NCBI GenBank assembly: GCA_963666735.1 | Contig: OY762926.1 | Coordinates: 832,001 to 896,000, forward strand | DNA: 64,000 nucleotides | Direction: 5' to 3' | DNA from: Gemmatimonadota bacterium | Lineage (GTDB): Bacteria > Gemmatimonadota > Gemmatimonadetes > Palauibacterales > Palauibacteraceae | Part shown: positions 21,208 to 32,955 of the stretch, one piece after another | Layout of the letters: every line of letters begins with the position of its first letter | How positions within the stretch are numbered: position 1 is the stretch's first letter | Notes under the pieces: generated by a model | The model's database searches: none | What the model was told of the DNA's origin: nothing | The model's input: only the letters and a program-made list of their open reading frames with translations | Program-made: the position numbers and the translations under genes

Positions 21208-22724
21208 TGTCGTAGCGCAGTAGAAATGTCCCCCCTTAGCGCAGTAGAAATGTCCTCTTACGGTCCATGTTCGGTTCGAGTGGGTGGAACATGGTCCGGG
21301 AGAGGGGTCGATGGAGTTGAGTCTGAGGGAGAGGGATCGCATCTCGGTGCTGAGACAGGTGAGCGAGGGCGTGCTGTCGGGGTCGGCCGGGGCGGTGCGG
21401 CTGGGAGTGACGACCCGCCATCTTCGGCGTCTGCTTCGGAGGTTCGAGGCGGTGGGGGACGCGGCGGCGGTACACGGGCTGAAGGGACGGCGGTCGAACC
21501 GGGCGCTGTCGGCGGAGGTGCGGGATGTGGCGCTGTCGGCGGCGGCCGATCCGCTGTACGCGGACTTCGGGCCGACGCTGCTTGCGGAGCACCTGGAGAG
21601 ACGCTTCGGGGTCGTCGTGAGCGCGGACACGCTCAGGCGGTGGATGTTGGAGGCCGGGCTGTGGGAGCGTCGCCGCAGGCGCGCGAAGCACCGCCGCCGG
21701 CGTCCGAGGCGGGCGGCGCTGGGCGAGCCGGGGCAGTGGGACAGCTCGGTGCACCCGTGGCTGGAGGAGAGGTTGCCGGGGAGCCAGACGCTGATCTCGA
21801 TCCACGACGACGCGACGAGCCGACTGCTGATGGCCCGCTTCGTGGCGCGCGACAACGGGGCGGAGAACCGGCGGGCGATCATCGAGTACCTCGGGCGCCA
21901 CGGCCGCCCGGTGGCCGTCTACACCGACCACGCCGGACACTTCGGGCAGTGGCTCTCGAAGAAGGAGGAGCGCACGGACACGATCATCGCCCGGGCACTG
22001 GGCGAACTGGGCGTCGAGGTGATCCTCGCGGGCTCGCCTCAGGCCAAGGGGCGGGTCGAGCGGAGCTTCGGCACCGCGCGGGACCGGCTGGTCAGGGAGA
22101 TGCGCGTGGAGGGGGTCGCCACGCTGGAGGCGGCCAACCGCTTCCTCGCCGACTACTGGGTCCCGTTCCGGAACGAACGCTTCTCCGTCGAGCCCGCCGA
22201 CCCCCGCGATGCGCACCGCCCGCTCCCGGCCGGTGCGGACCTCGAGGCGCTCTTCGCCGAGACGGAGAGGCGCGTCGTGGCCCGCGACTTCACGATCCGC
22301 TTCCGGAACCGCCACTGGCAGATCCCGGAGAGGGAGGCCGCCGGCATCGCCCCCGGCGACGAGATCGTCGTCGAGCGCCGCCTCGACGGCGAGGTCCGCT
22401 TCCGCTTCGGCGAGCGCTACCTGGAGCTCGAACCCGTATGCCGAGCCCCCGCCGCCTCCCCCGGCGACGCGCCCGCCAAGCCGGCGAAGCCGAGGCCCGC
22501 GCCCCCGAAGCCGGCTCCGGACCACCCATGGCGCAAGCACTTCCAAGCCAGTGCCCAGCAGGCCATCGCGCGTCGCGACCTCCGCCGCGAGCGAGAAGCG
22601 ATATCCAACGAGAAGGAACCGCCCCGCTCCCCCGAACCGGCCCCGGAGCGGGGCAGAACCGAACCGCCGGGGGAGGACATTTCTACTGCGCTCTAACCCC
22701 GGACATTTCTATTGCGGTTTGACA
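21208..22724 (+). mobile_element. Insertion sequence, IS1202-like (ISNCY), 1517 bp
   Basis: TGT..ACA ends; each inverted repeat holds two CGCA(G/A)TAGAAATGTCC units; flanked by 17-bp imperfect direct repeat gagccccgcccaccggg / aagctccgcccaccggg. Confidence 0.9.
21311..22696 (+). CDS. DDE transposase (IS1202/IS481-like)
   Basis: N-terminal HTH, QWDSS, IHDDATS, YTDHAG, PQAKGRVERSFGT, C-terminal PDHPWR. Confidence 0.92.
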   Translation: MELSLRERDRISVLRQVSEGVLSGSAGAVRLGVTTRHLRRLLRRFEAVGDAAAVHGLKGRRSNRALSAEVRDVALSAAADPLYADFGPTLLAEHLERRFGVVVSADTLRRWMLEAGLWERRRRRAKHRRRRPRRAALGEPGQWDSSVHPWLEERLPGSQTLISIHDDATSRLLMARFVARDNGAENRRAIIEYLGRHGRPVAVYTDHAGHFGQWLSKKEERTDTIIARALGELGVEVILAGSPQAKGRVERSFGTARDRLVREMRVEGVATLEAANRFLADYWVPFRNERFSVEPADPRDAHRPLPAGADLEALFAETERRVVARDFTIRFRNRHWQIPEREAAGIAPGDEIVVERRLDGEVRFRFGERYLELEPVCRAPAASPGDAPAKPAKPRPAPPKPAPDHPWRKHFQASAQQAIARRDLRREREAISNEKEPPRSPEPAPERGRTEPPGEDISTAL

Positions 22725-22755
22725 AAGCTCCGCCCACCGGGACCTCAGCGGACCC

Positions 22756-23784
22756 TCAGCGGGCGTGCGGCACGTCTCCGACCGGCGTCACGCGGCCGCC
22801 GTAGAGTTCCCCCATCCACTCGCCGTATCCGTTGAACGGGAGCGTTGGCACCCGCTGCCCCGTACCGACGATTTCTTCCTGCGCCTGGGACCAGCGGGGG
22901 TGGGGTACGTCCGGGTCCACGTTCGAGTAGAAACCGTATTCCGACGGCTGCAGGTCGTTCCAGAAGGTCGTCGGCACCTCGTCGGTGATGTCGATGCGGA
23001 CGATGCTCTTCGGGCTCTTGTAGCCATACTTCCAAGGCAGATGGATGCGGACGGGCGCGCCGTTCTGCTTCTGGAGCGGATGGCCGTACATGCCCGTCAC
23101 GACGAAGGCGAGTTCATTCATCGCCTCGTCCATGCGCAGCCCCTCATAGTAGGGCCACTTGTACCAGCTCTGCGTCTTCTGACCGAAGGCCTGCTCCGGC
23201 CGGTTGAAGGTCACGAAGCCGACGTAGCGGGCATTGTTCCGCGGTTGCACCCGCTCCAGCAGCCGGGCGAGCGGGAAGCCGATCCAAGGCACGACGACGG
23301 ACCACCGCTCCACGCAGCGGTGCCGGTAGATCCGCTCCTCGAGCGGGAACGCGCGTTCGAGTTCTACGAGGTCGTAGACGCCGGGATTCTCGACGAGACC
23401 CGTAACTTCCAGCTCCCACGGGCGGGCCTCGAACGGGCCGACGTTGCGCCACACCCCATCCTTGTCCGTGCCGAACTCGTAGAAGTTGTTGTACGTGGCC
23501 ACGACCTCTTCCGGCGAAACCTCCTTGTGGCGATCGCCGGGCGTGAAGCGCGGATCGTTCACGGCCACGGGATAGAGATCTGCGGTCGGAGTGTCCGGGA
23601 TGTTGTCGAGCGGGCCGCGCTGCTGGGTCGCCGCGCCGCCGGGCCGGCAGGCGAGCGAGGCGGCGGCGAGGATCGCTCCCCCGCCCATGCGGGCCACGAA
23701 CTGCCGCCGGTCGAGGTACACCGACTCCGGCGTGGCTTCGCTCTCCCTGAGCCTCCAGCCGGGCGGAATATGAATGTTCGCCAT
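22756..23784 (-). CDS. msrP: Protein-methionine-sulfoxide reductase catalytic subunit
   Basis: Tat motif DRRQFV, YNNFYEFG, RHRCVE, EGLRMDEAM, QNGAP, PWKYGYKS, HPRWSQA. Confidence 0.93.
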   Translation of the reverse strand: MANIHIPPGWRLRESEATPESVYLDRRQFVARMGGGAILAAASLACRPGGAATQQRGPLDNIPDTPTADLYPVAVNDPRFTPGDRHKEVSPEEVVATYNNFYEFGTDKDGVWRNVGPFEARPWELEVTGLVENPGVYDLVELERAFPLEERIYRHRCVERWSVVVPWIGFPLARLLERVQPRNNARYVGFVTFNRPEQAFGQKTQSWYKWPYYEGLRMDEAMNELAFVVTGMYGHPLQKQNGAPVRIHLPWKYGYKSPKSIVRIDITDEVPTTFWNDLQPSEYGFYSNVDPDVPHPRWSQAQEEIVGTGQRVPTLPFNGYGEWMGELYGGRVTPVGDVPHAR

Positions 23785-23928
23785 GGGGATTCTCCCTTGC
23801 CGTTCGGACCCCGGCCCTCGCCGGGCGCCGGCCGCTTCACCTGCGGCGTTCCCTGCTCAAGTATAACGCTCCGGCACCGCGTGTTTCGCAACCCCCTCGC
23901 CCGGCGCGGAGCTTCGCCGGGGAGCCGG

Positions 23929-25527
23929 TCAGTGCCGGAAGAGCCGCCGTGCGGTGAACACCATCGCCATGCCGTGCTCGTTCGCGGCCTCGATGACCTC
24001 CGCATCGCGCTTCGAGCCGCCCGGCTGGGCGATCGCCGTCACCCCGGCGGCCGCGGCCGCATCGATGCCGTCGCGGAAGGGGAAGAACGCGTCCGATCCG
24101 AGGACGGCGCCCGCCACGTCGAACCCCTGCGCCCGGGCCTTGCGGATCGAGATCTCGACCGAATCGACGCGGCTCATCTGTCCAGCGCCGATTCCGATCG
24201 ACGCCCCATCCCGCGCGAGCAGGATCGCATTCGACTTCACGCTCTGCACCGCGGACCACGCGAACGCGAGATCGTCCCACTCCGCGTCGCTCGGGGCCCG
24301 CGCCGTCGGGACGTGCGCCTCCCGATTCACCTCGCGCGCCGGCCGGGGGGCCGCCTGCAGCAGAACCCCGCCGCGCACGCCGCGCACTTCCACCCCTTCC
24401 TCCAGGTGGCCGTTCGCGTCCGGCGCCGCGCCCGCCTCGGGCTGCAGAATCCGAATGTTCTTCTTCTCCCGCAGGAGGCGGAGCGCATCCTCCGAGTATC
24501 CCGGCGCCACGACGCACTCCACGAAGTTCCGCGAGAGGGCTTCCGCGACGGCCTCCGTCAGCGTGTCCGTGAAGGCGATGACCGAACCGAACGCCGAAAC
24601 GGGATCGCACGCGAGCGCCTTCTCGTAGGCCTCCAGCGGCGATGCGCCGACGGCGAGGCCGCAGGGCGTCGAGTGCTTGAGGATCGCACAGGCGGCCTGC
24701 GCCCCGGACACGAAGGGCGCGATCGCCGTGAGAGCCCCGTCCACGTCGAGAATATTGTTGAACGAGAGTTCCCGGCCGTGCAATTGCGCGAGCGCGGGGA
24801 TCCCCCGCGGCGGACCGAACCCGTCGCGGAAGAAGGCGGCCTTCTGGTCCGGGTTCTCCCCGTACCGGAGCGACTGCACGCGCAGGAGCGAGGCGACGGC
24901 CTCCCCCGCGGGGAGGCCGGGCGAAGCCGCCGCTCCGTCCGGCCGGGCAAGGTGGCGAGCGATCGCCGCGTCATAGGCCGCGGTGTGCCCGTACACCTTG
25001 GCCGCGAGCTCCCGCCGCAGCTTCGGCGTCTCCGGCACGTCCCCCGCATCGAGGGCATCGAGCACCCGCGCGTAGTCGGCCGGATCGCATACCGGCCAGA
25101 CCGAGGGATGGTTCTTCGCCGACGCCCGGAGCATCGTCGGTCCGCCGATGTCGATCTGCTCCAGCGCTTCTCCGAGCGTGACGTCCCCGCCGGCGACCGT
25201 CTCGCGGAAGGGGTACAGGTTCACGGCCACGAGATCGATGGGAACCATCCCGTGCGCGGCGAGTTGATCCAAGTCGTCCGCCACCTCGCGCCGAGCCAGG
25301 ATCCCGCCGTGCACCCTCGGGTGCAGCGTCTTCACGCGGCCACCCAGCATTTCCGGATGGCCGGTGAGGTCGCTCACGCCGCGGACCTCCAGCCCCGCCG
25401 CGCGCAACACCCGCATCGTCCCTCCCGTGGACGCGATCTCCCAGCCCCGCTCGATCAATCCCGCGCAGAACTCCTCGATTCCCGTCTTGTCCGAGACGCT
25501 CACAAGCGCAGTCGGCATCCCACTCAT
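23929..25527 (-). CDS. purH: Bifunctional AICAR transformylase/IMP cyclohydrolase
   Basis: ALVSVSDKTG, GRVKTLHP, IDIGGP, LRYGENP, KSNAI, GQMSRVDS, SDAFFPF. Confidence 0.97.
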   Translation of the reverse strand: MSGMPTALVSVSDKTGIEEFCAGLIERGWEIASTGGTMRVLRAAGLEVRGVSDLTGHPEMLGGRVKTLHPRVHGGILARREVADDLDQLAAHGMVPIDLVAVNLYPFRETVAGGDVTLGEALEQIDIGGPTMLRASAKNHPSVWPVCDPADYARVLDALDAGDVPETPKLRRELAAKVYGHTAAYDAAIARHLARPDGAAASPGLPAGEAVASLLRVQSLRYGENPDQKAAFFRDGFGPPRGIPALAQLHGRELSFNNILDVDGALTAIAPFVSGAQAACAILKHSTPCGLAVGASPLEAYEKALACDPVSAFGSVIAFTDTLTEAVAEALSRNFVECVVAPGYSEDALRLLREKKNIRILQPEAGAAPDANGHLEEGVEVRGVRGGVLLQAAPRPAREVNREAHVPTARAPSDAEWDDLAFAWSAVQSVKSNAILLARDGASIGIGAGQMSRVDSVEISIRKARAQGFDVAGAVLGSDAFFPFRDGIDAAAAAGVTAIAQPGGSKRDAEVIEAANEHGMAMVFTARRLFRH

Positions 25528-26189
25528 CCTTCCCGGTTGGTGAACGTTTCGGTCTCGAACCACTCGCGAACCCAATGGACCCGGCGGTCCGCTTCCAGGC
25601 GAACCGCCCCGGAAGCCAGCGCTTCGACCGCCGCCGGCAACAGTCGGTGCTCCGCCGTCAGCACACGGGCCGCGACGGACTCGGGAGTATCGTCCGCGAG
25701 CACGGGTACGGGCCACTGGCACAGGATCGGACCCCGGTCGTACGCCTCGTCGACGAAGTGGACGGTCGCTCCGGTGATCCGGACGCCGGCCTCGATAACC
25801 GCCCGGTGCACGCGGGCTCCGTACATCCCCCGGCCTCCGAACGAGGGCAGCAGCGCGGGATGGATGTTCAGGATCCGTCCCCAGTACGACCGCACGAGGG
25901 TCTCGGGCACCAGCTGCATGTAGCCGGCCAGGACCACGATGTCGCTTCGCCACTCGTCCAGCGTGCGACGGAGGAACACCGCCATCTCGTCACCCGCCGC
26001 CGCAGGCGAGACCGCCGATGCCACCCCGGCCCGGCGGGCCCGCTCGAGGACGCCCGCCCCCGCGCGGCTGGCGATCACGCCGACGATCTCGCGCTGCGGG
26101 TCTTCCGCGCCATGGAAGCGGTCGACGAGCGCCTGGAAGTTGGAACCGCCCCCCGACGCGAGGACCGCGATCCGCACGGCGTCAGACAT
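25524..26189 (-). CDS. purN: Phosphoribosylglycinamide formyltransferase
   Basis: VLASGGGSNFQA, LAGYM, NIHPALLP, GATVHFVD. Confidence 0.95.
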   Translation of the reverse strand: MSDAVRIAVLASGGGSNFQALVDRFHGAEDPQREIVGVIASRAGAGVLERARRAGVASAVSPAAAGDEMAVFLRRTLDEWRSDIVVLAGYMQLVPETLVRSYWGRILNIHPALLPSFGGRGMYGARVHRAVIEAGVRITGATVHFVDEAYDRGPILCQWPVPVLADDTPESVAARVLTAEHRLLPAAVEALASGAVRLEADRRVHWVREWFETETFTNREG

Positions 26190-27579
26190 CACGGCGACCG
26201 GCATCGGCGAGTCGATCGAGCGCGGAGGCGAGGGCGTCCGCCGCCCGGGCCGTTTCCTCGCCGGGGAGCGCCCGCACATCGACGATGAACGCCGCACGCT
26301 CGATACGGCCGATGAGCGGGACAGGGCCGCCGCGGCACTCCGCCGCGAGTCGCTTGACATCGATCCCCGTCACGGCCCACCCGGCCGAGGGAATCGCGAA
26401 CCCCGGAAAAGCGCCCCCTCCGACCATGGCCTCGGTTCGGATCACGTCCACGCGCGCCCCGCTTCGCGGCGGAGGTTCGGGGCGCGCGGCGGCCGCGCGG
26501 GCTTCGACCGCCTCCGCCGGCTCGCGCAGCATCCGCAATGCCGGCACGCACCGGACGGCGAGATCCGGATCGCGGTACAGCATCAGCGTGGCTTCGAGGG
26601 CGGCGAGCGTCGTCTTGTCCACCCGAAACGCCCGCAGCAGGGGATTCCGGCGCAAACGCGCGATCAACGCCGCATCGCCGGCGATGATCCCGGCCTGCGG
26701 CCCCCCGAGGAGCTTGTCGCCGCTCCAGGTCGCGAGGTCGACGCCCGCGGCCAGCGATCCCCGCGCGGTGGGTCCCTCCGGGAATCCGGGCAGGAGACCG
26801 GCATCGAGCAACCCGGAGCCGAGATCGTGAGCCACCGGGATCCCGCGCTTTCGCGCGAGCGACACCAATGCGGCGAGACGGGGGCGCGCCGAGAAGCCCT
26901 CGACCCGGTAGTTCGAGGGGTGGACCCGCAGAATGAGCCCGGTCGATTCGTCGATGGCCGCCGCGTAATCGGAGACTCTCGTCCGGTTCGTCGTGCCGAC
27001 CTCTCTCAGGCGGCCGCCGCTCCGCCCCACCACATCGGGGATCCTGAACGTGCCGCCGATTTCGACCAGTTCCCCGCGCGACACGAGCACTTCGCGGCCC
27101 CGAGCCAGTTCGTTCACGACCAGCGCCACGGCCGCGGCGTTGTTGTTCGCGATGATCGCCGCGCCCGCACCCGTCAGTTCACGGATGACCTCGCTGCAGT
27201 GGTCGTATCGCGAGCCGCGCCGGCCCGTCGCGAGTGAGAGTTCCACGTTCCCGTAGCCGGCGGCCTCGGCCTGCGCGCGACCGGCCACGTCGGCAAGCGG
27301 CGCCCGGCCGAGGTTGGTGTGGAGCACAACGCCCGTTCCGTTGAGCACGCGGCGTAGCGAGGGCCGGGATCGCGCCTCCAGATCGCGTTCCGCGGCCCGC
27401 AGGAGATCGGCCGGCCCCCGCCGCTCGGAGTCGGGGTCCGCGTCCGCGCGGGCGCGGTCCAGCGCCCGGCGGAGCGAGTCCTTCACCGTCTCGCGGCCGT
27501 AGCGGTCGATCCAGGGGGCGACCTCGGGCTCCCCGAGGAGCGCATCCATGGAAGGGAGCCGGCGGCGCGGGTCCGTCAT
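26182..27579 (-). CDS. selA: L-seryl-tRNA(Sec) selenium transferase
   Basis: NGTGVVLHTNLGRA, NNNAAAV, SRGELVEIGGTFR, EVGTTNRT, HPSNY, SGDKLLGGPQAG. Confidence 0.95.
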   Translation of the reverse strand: MTDPRRRLPSMDALLGEPEVAPWIDRYGRETVKDSLRRALDRARADADPDSERRGPADLLRAAERDLEARSRPSLRRVLNGTGVVLHTNLGRAPLADVAGRAQAEAAGYGNVELSLATGRRGSRYDHCSEVIRELTGAGAAIIANNNAAAVALVVNELARGREVLVSRGELVEIGGTFRIPDVVGRSGGRLREVGTTNRTRVSDYAAAIDESTGLILRVHPSNYRVEGFSARPRLAALVSLARKRGIPVAHDLGSGLLDAGLLPGFPEGPTARGSLAAGVDLATWSGDKLLGGPQAGIIAGDAALIARLRRNPLLRAFRVDKTTLAALEATLMLYRDPDLAVRCVPALRMLREPAEAVEARAAAARPEPPPRSGARVDVIRTEAMVGGGAFPGFAIPSAGWAVTGIDVKRLAAECRGGPVPLIGRIERAAFIVDVRALPGEETARAADALASALDRLADAGRRDV

Positions 27580-29045
27580 TCGCGCCGCCTCTTCGCCCTG
27601 AGACCGGGCGACCGGGCCCTTCCCGCGCCACGCGGGGCGCGTCTTCGAACCGTGTCCGGCGGTACTCCGAGAGTGTCGGGTGGCGCCCCAACGGTGTCCG
27701 GTGGCGCGCCGGCAGTGTCCGGCGGCGCCCCTGCCGTGTCCGGCGGGATTCCGGGGACGTCGAGACTGTCGGGCGCCGGAGGCACCGTATCCTGCTCCAC
27801 CGCCACGGAATCGCCCTCGACGGCGGCCGAGTCCTCCACCGCGACCGAGTCGGCGGCCGTCGCCGAGTCGTCGGACGGGGGCTCCGGCTCAGCCACAAAG
27901 GACGTATCACCGCCTCCCGCGAGACGACGAACGTTCACCGCGCCCGTGACGGAAACCCGGTAGGTCCCGGAGTCGATCACCGTCGCGAGCCGCACGGTGA
28001 TGAACCTCGACGGAAGAATGGGATCCTCCTCCGTGACGGAGTCGGACGCCGCGCTGCCCGCGGAATCCGGGCTCGGCGCCTCCACGGCCGCGGAATCCGC
28101 CACCGCCGTCGAGTCACCCACGGCCGCGGAATCCGCCACCGCCGCCGAATCCGCCGCCGCGATGGAGTCCGCGAGCGCCGCGGAGTCGAGGGGAAACGTC
28201 ACCTCGTCGGCCGAACCGATGAGGCTGGCCACGATCTCCAGCGTTTCGTTCGTCGCGGAGTCCCGAATCGTGATGGCGGGTGCCTCCGGTTGAGGGTTGA
28301 GGAGATAATCATCGAACTCGAGCTGCACGGTCTCGCTTCCCACGACGAGCCCGCGAGCGAGCACGGGCGGCGTCGTGTCCGGCGCCACGAGGACGAACCT
28401 CAACTCCGTCGGCGTGTCGGGCGCAGCCGCCACGGACGCGCTGTCATACGATTCGAGTTCGCGGTCGGGAATCATGTTGCGATTGCGGTCGACGAACCCG
28501 AAGGCTTCGTACTCGCCCGGCGGCAGACCGCGCGCCACGAACCTTCCGATGCTGTCCGAGATCGCGCCGTACGGGACGGAGTCCGGGCCCGCCCAGAAGA
28601 TGACCCGCGCCTCTTCGAGCGGTTGCCCCGTCAGTGCGTCGATCACTTCCCCCTCGACCGACGCGTCCAGGATCTCCGCTCCCGTGGAAAAGCAGAATTC
28701 GACCGGGACTTCCATCCCGTTGCGCAAGAGGTCGTTGATCCCGGAGGTCGGAATCGTGAAACAGTACACGACGCTGTCCCGCCACCCGTCCTCCGGCCGG
28801 AGACGCAGGTCCGCGAACCCCACCTCGGACTCGTACGTCTCCATCGGGCTGACGAACATCTCCCTCGCAATCCCGTTCGGTATCCGCACGGGTTCGCTGA
28901 AGCGGATTTCGAGCGCGCCGTCGAAGTCGACGACCGTCGAATCCGGCGCGGGACGGATGCGGACGATGGATGGAGGGATCTCGTCGGGTCGCGCTCCGGG
29001 CGGAGGCATCTCCCTCGCGCAGCCCAGCATGATGAGGAGAGCCAT
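27576..29045 (-). CDS. Ig-like (Big_5-type) lipoprotein with Asp-Ser/Thr repeat linkers
   Basis: Lipobox MLGC then A..PPPG..PD..PP, IRFSEPV, FCFSTG, prealbumin-like domain, repeat-rich tail. Confidence 0.75.
   Translation of the reverse strand: MALLIMLGCAREMPPPGARPDEIPPSIVRIRPAPDSTVVDFDGALEIRFSEPVRIPNGIAREMFVSPMETYESEVGFADLRLRPEDGWRDSVVYCFTIPTSGINDLLRNGMEVPVEFCFSTGAEILDASVEGEVIDALTGQPLEEARVIFWAGPDSVPYGAISDSIGRFVARGLPPGEYEAFGFVDRNRNMIPDRELESYDSASVAAAPDTPTELRFVLVAPDTTPPVLARGLVVGSETVQLEFDDYLLNPQPEAPAITIRDSATNETLEIVASLIGSADEVTFPLDSAALADSIAAADSAAVADSAAVGDSTAVADSAAVEAPSPDSAGSAASDSVTEEDPILPSRFITVRLATVIDSGTYRVSVTGAVNVRRLAGGGDTSFVAEPEPPSDDSATAADSVAVEDSAAVEGDSVAVEQDTVPPAPDSLDVPGIPPDTAGAPPDTAGAPPDTVGAPPDTLGVPPDTVRRRAPRGAGRARSPGLRAKRRRE
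27648..27753 (-). repeat. Five imperfect 21-bp coding repeats (G[AIV]PPDT[AVL])
   Basis: Translation GIPPDTAGAPPDTAGAPPDTVGAPPDTLGVPPDTV. Confidence 0.85.
28083..28190 (-). repeat. Six imperfect 18-bp coding repeats (ADSAAV-like)
   Basis: cacggccgcggaatccgc-type units; LDSAAL ADSIAA ADSAAV ADSAAV GDSTAV ADSAAV. Confidence 0.85.
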
Positions 29046-29137
29046 GGACCCCGCGAGGAGCTTCCCGCCGGCGAAGAGGGCGGCAAATCGTTCGCGGGCT
29101 CCCGGCCCCTGCCCGGAGGTTCCGGGCCCCGTGCGTG

Positions 29138-31828
<2,691 letters not shown>

Positions 31829-31959
31829 GGGGCGGCTCCTGACTGACGGTTTGCGGTGTCGGGAGAACCATCGGTGCGACGGGGAGACCCCCCGGCGTCC
31901 AGGCTGCGGCTCAGTCTAACGGAGGCGCCGCGGCTTCGGAACCGCGGAGCCCTCGGACC

Positions 31960-32871
31960 CTACGGGGGTCCGCGAACGCGCAGCGTGTCGCCACGCCGGC
32001 GGCGGACCTCCTCCTCGGAGCGCTCCCGCATGCGGGCCCGCGCTTCCGCCGCCGCGGCCTCCACGTCGTCCCGAAGGTTCTGGATCTGGATGGCCGTCAG
32101 ATCACGGATCGCCTGTTCGTACGACCGCCTCTGGGGTCCCGTGGGAGCGAACCCGATGGGGATGGGGATCGTGACGTCGCCGAGGTGAATCCCCTGCTCC
32201 GAGAATCCCCACCGCTTGCCATCGCGCTCGAAGGTCCAGTCGCGCGCGCGGCGCCGCACGTCGTCTTCAAGTTGGAGGCTGTCGAGCCAGTCGCGGAGAA
32301 TCGCCCGAACCGCGCTGTCCGCCCGGGCGAACTGAACCAGCCGTTCGCCGATGAGCCGGGGGGACTGCGGGTCGAACCACAGGCGCGCGTCGCTGAAGCG
32401 GAGTCGGAGCCGCGAGGCGTTGGTCCGGCCCCGCGGCCCTTCCGGCGCCGTCGGCTGACCGGCGACGATCAGGCCCGGCGCTCCGGGGAGGGGGGCTCGC
32501 TCTTCCTCCGCCTCTTCTTCCTCTTCCTCCGCCTCTTCTTCCTCTTCCTCCGCCTCTTCTTCCTCCTCTTCGAGTGGCTCGGGTTCGACTTCCGGGATCT
32601 CCTCCCCGGGCGGCTCCGGCCGGGGTTCCTCGGGAAGATCCTCGGGCAGGATCGGCGCGATCTCGACTACGACGAGGGCGTCGGGCGCGGGCACGGTCTC
32701 GATGGGCGGGAGGGTGAAGGGAAGCGAATCCACACGGACGCCGCCCGCGACCATCAGAAGCAGGACGTGCAGGACGACGGAGGCGAGCAACCCAACCGCC
32801 AGGGTCCGGCGCTGGGAACGATCGCGTTCGCGCTTCCGCTCGGCGAACCCTTCGGTTCGGGCGCGGGACAC
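31960..32871 (-). CDS. TonB/TolA-like membrane-anchored protein with Pro/Glu linker and unknown C-terminal domain
   Basis: TM helix with S-x3-H (ASVVLH), Pro/Glu-rich linker, C-domain DWTFERDGKRWG..GIHLG; start uncertain. Confidence 0.65.
   Translation of the reverse strand: MSRARTEGFAERKRERDRSQRRTLAVGLLASVVLHVLLLMVAGGVRVDSLPFTLPPIETVPAPDALVVVEIAPILPEDLPEEPRPEPPGEEIPEVEPEPLEEEEEEAEEEEEEAEEEEEEAEEERAPLPGAPGLIVAGQPTAPEGPRGRTNASRLRLRFSDARLWFDPQSPRLIGERLVQFARADSAVRAILRDWLDSLQLEDDVRRRARDWTFERDGKRWGFSEQGIHLGDVTIPIPIGFAPTGPQRRSYEQAIRDLTAIQIQNLRDDVEAAAAEARARMRERSEEEVRRRRGDTLRVRGPP
32500..32562. repeat. Three perfect 21-bp tandem repeats encoding the EEEEEEA tract
   Basis: CTCTTCCTCCGCCTCTTCTTC x3. 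Confidence 0.92.
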
Positions 32872-32955
32872 CGGTCTACCCCCCAGCCGAGGTCCCCGGC
32901 CTGGGGCGGCCGTTCGACCGGCCATCGGACCGGCCAGCCGCTCGGGGCGAGGCCC

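Noticed and set aside
21208..21260. Repeated TAGAAATGTCC units as a CRISPR or iteron array
   Set aside because: Only two units per end, mirrored at the other end; they are IS terminal repeats
20086..21882. 598-aa ORF apparently fusing IS sequence to cox subunit II
   Set aside because: The extension is the antisense frame of the transposase; the signal peptide and promoter place the real start near 21090
22719..22747. Outward-facing TTGACA at the IS right end as a hybrid promoter
   Set aside because: No credible -10 at 16-18 nt spacing (ACCTCA)
23860..23891. msrP promoter TTGCGA..TATACT
   Set aside because: Spacer is 20 nt; the -10 is plausible but the pair is not supported
22765..25923. 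1052-aa plus-strand ORF and the many other long antisense or alternate-frame ORFs
   Set aside because: Shadow ORFs of real genes in high-GC DNA; Arg/Pro/Ala-rich with no recognisable motifs
31829..31959. T-box riboswitch upstream of valS
   Set aside because: Region is short with no T-box consensus or U-tailed terminator; only one GC hairpin
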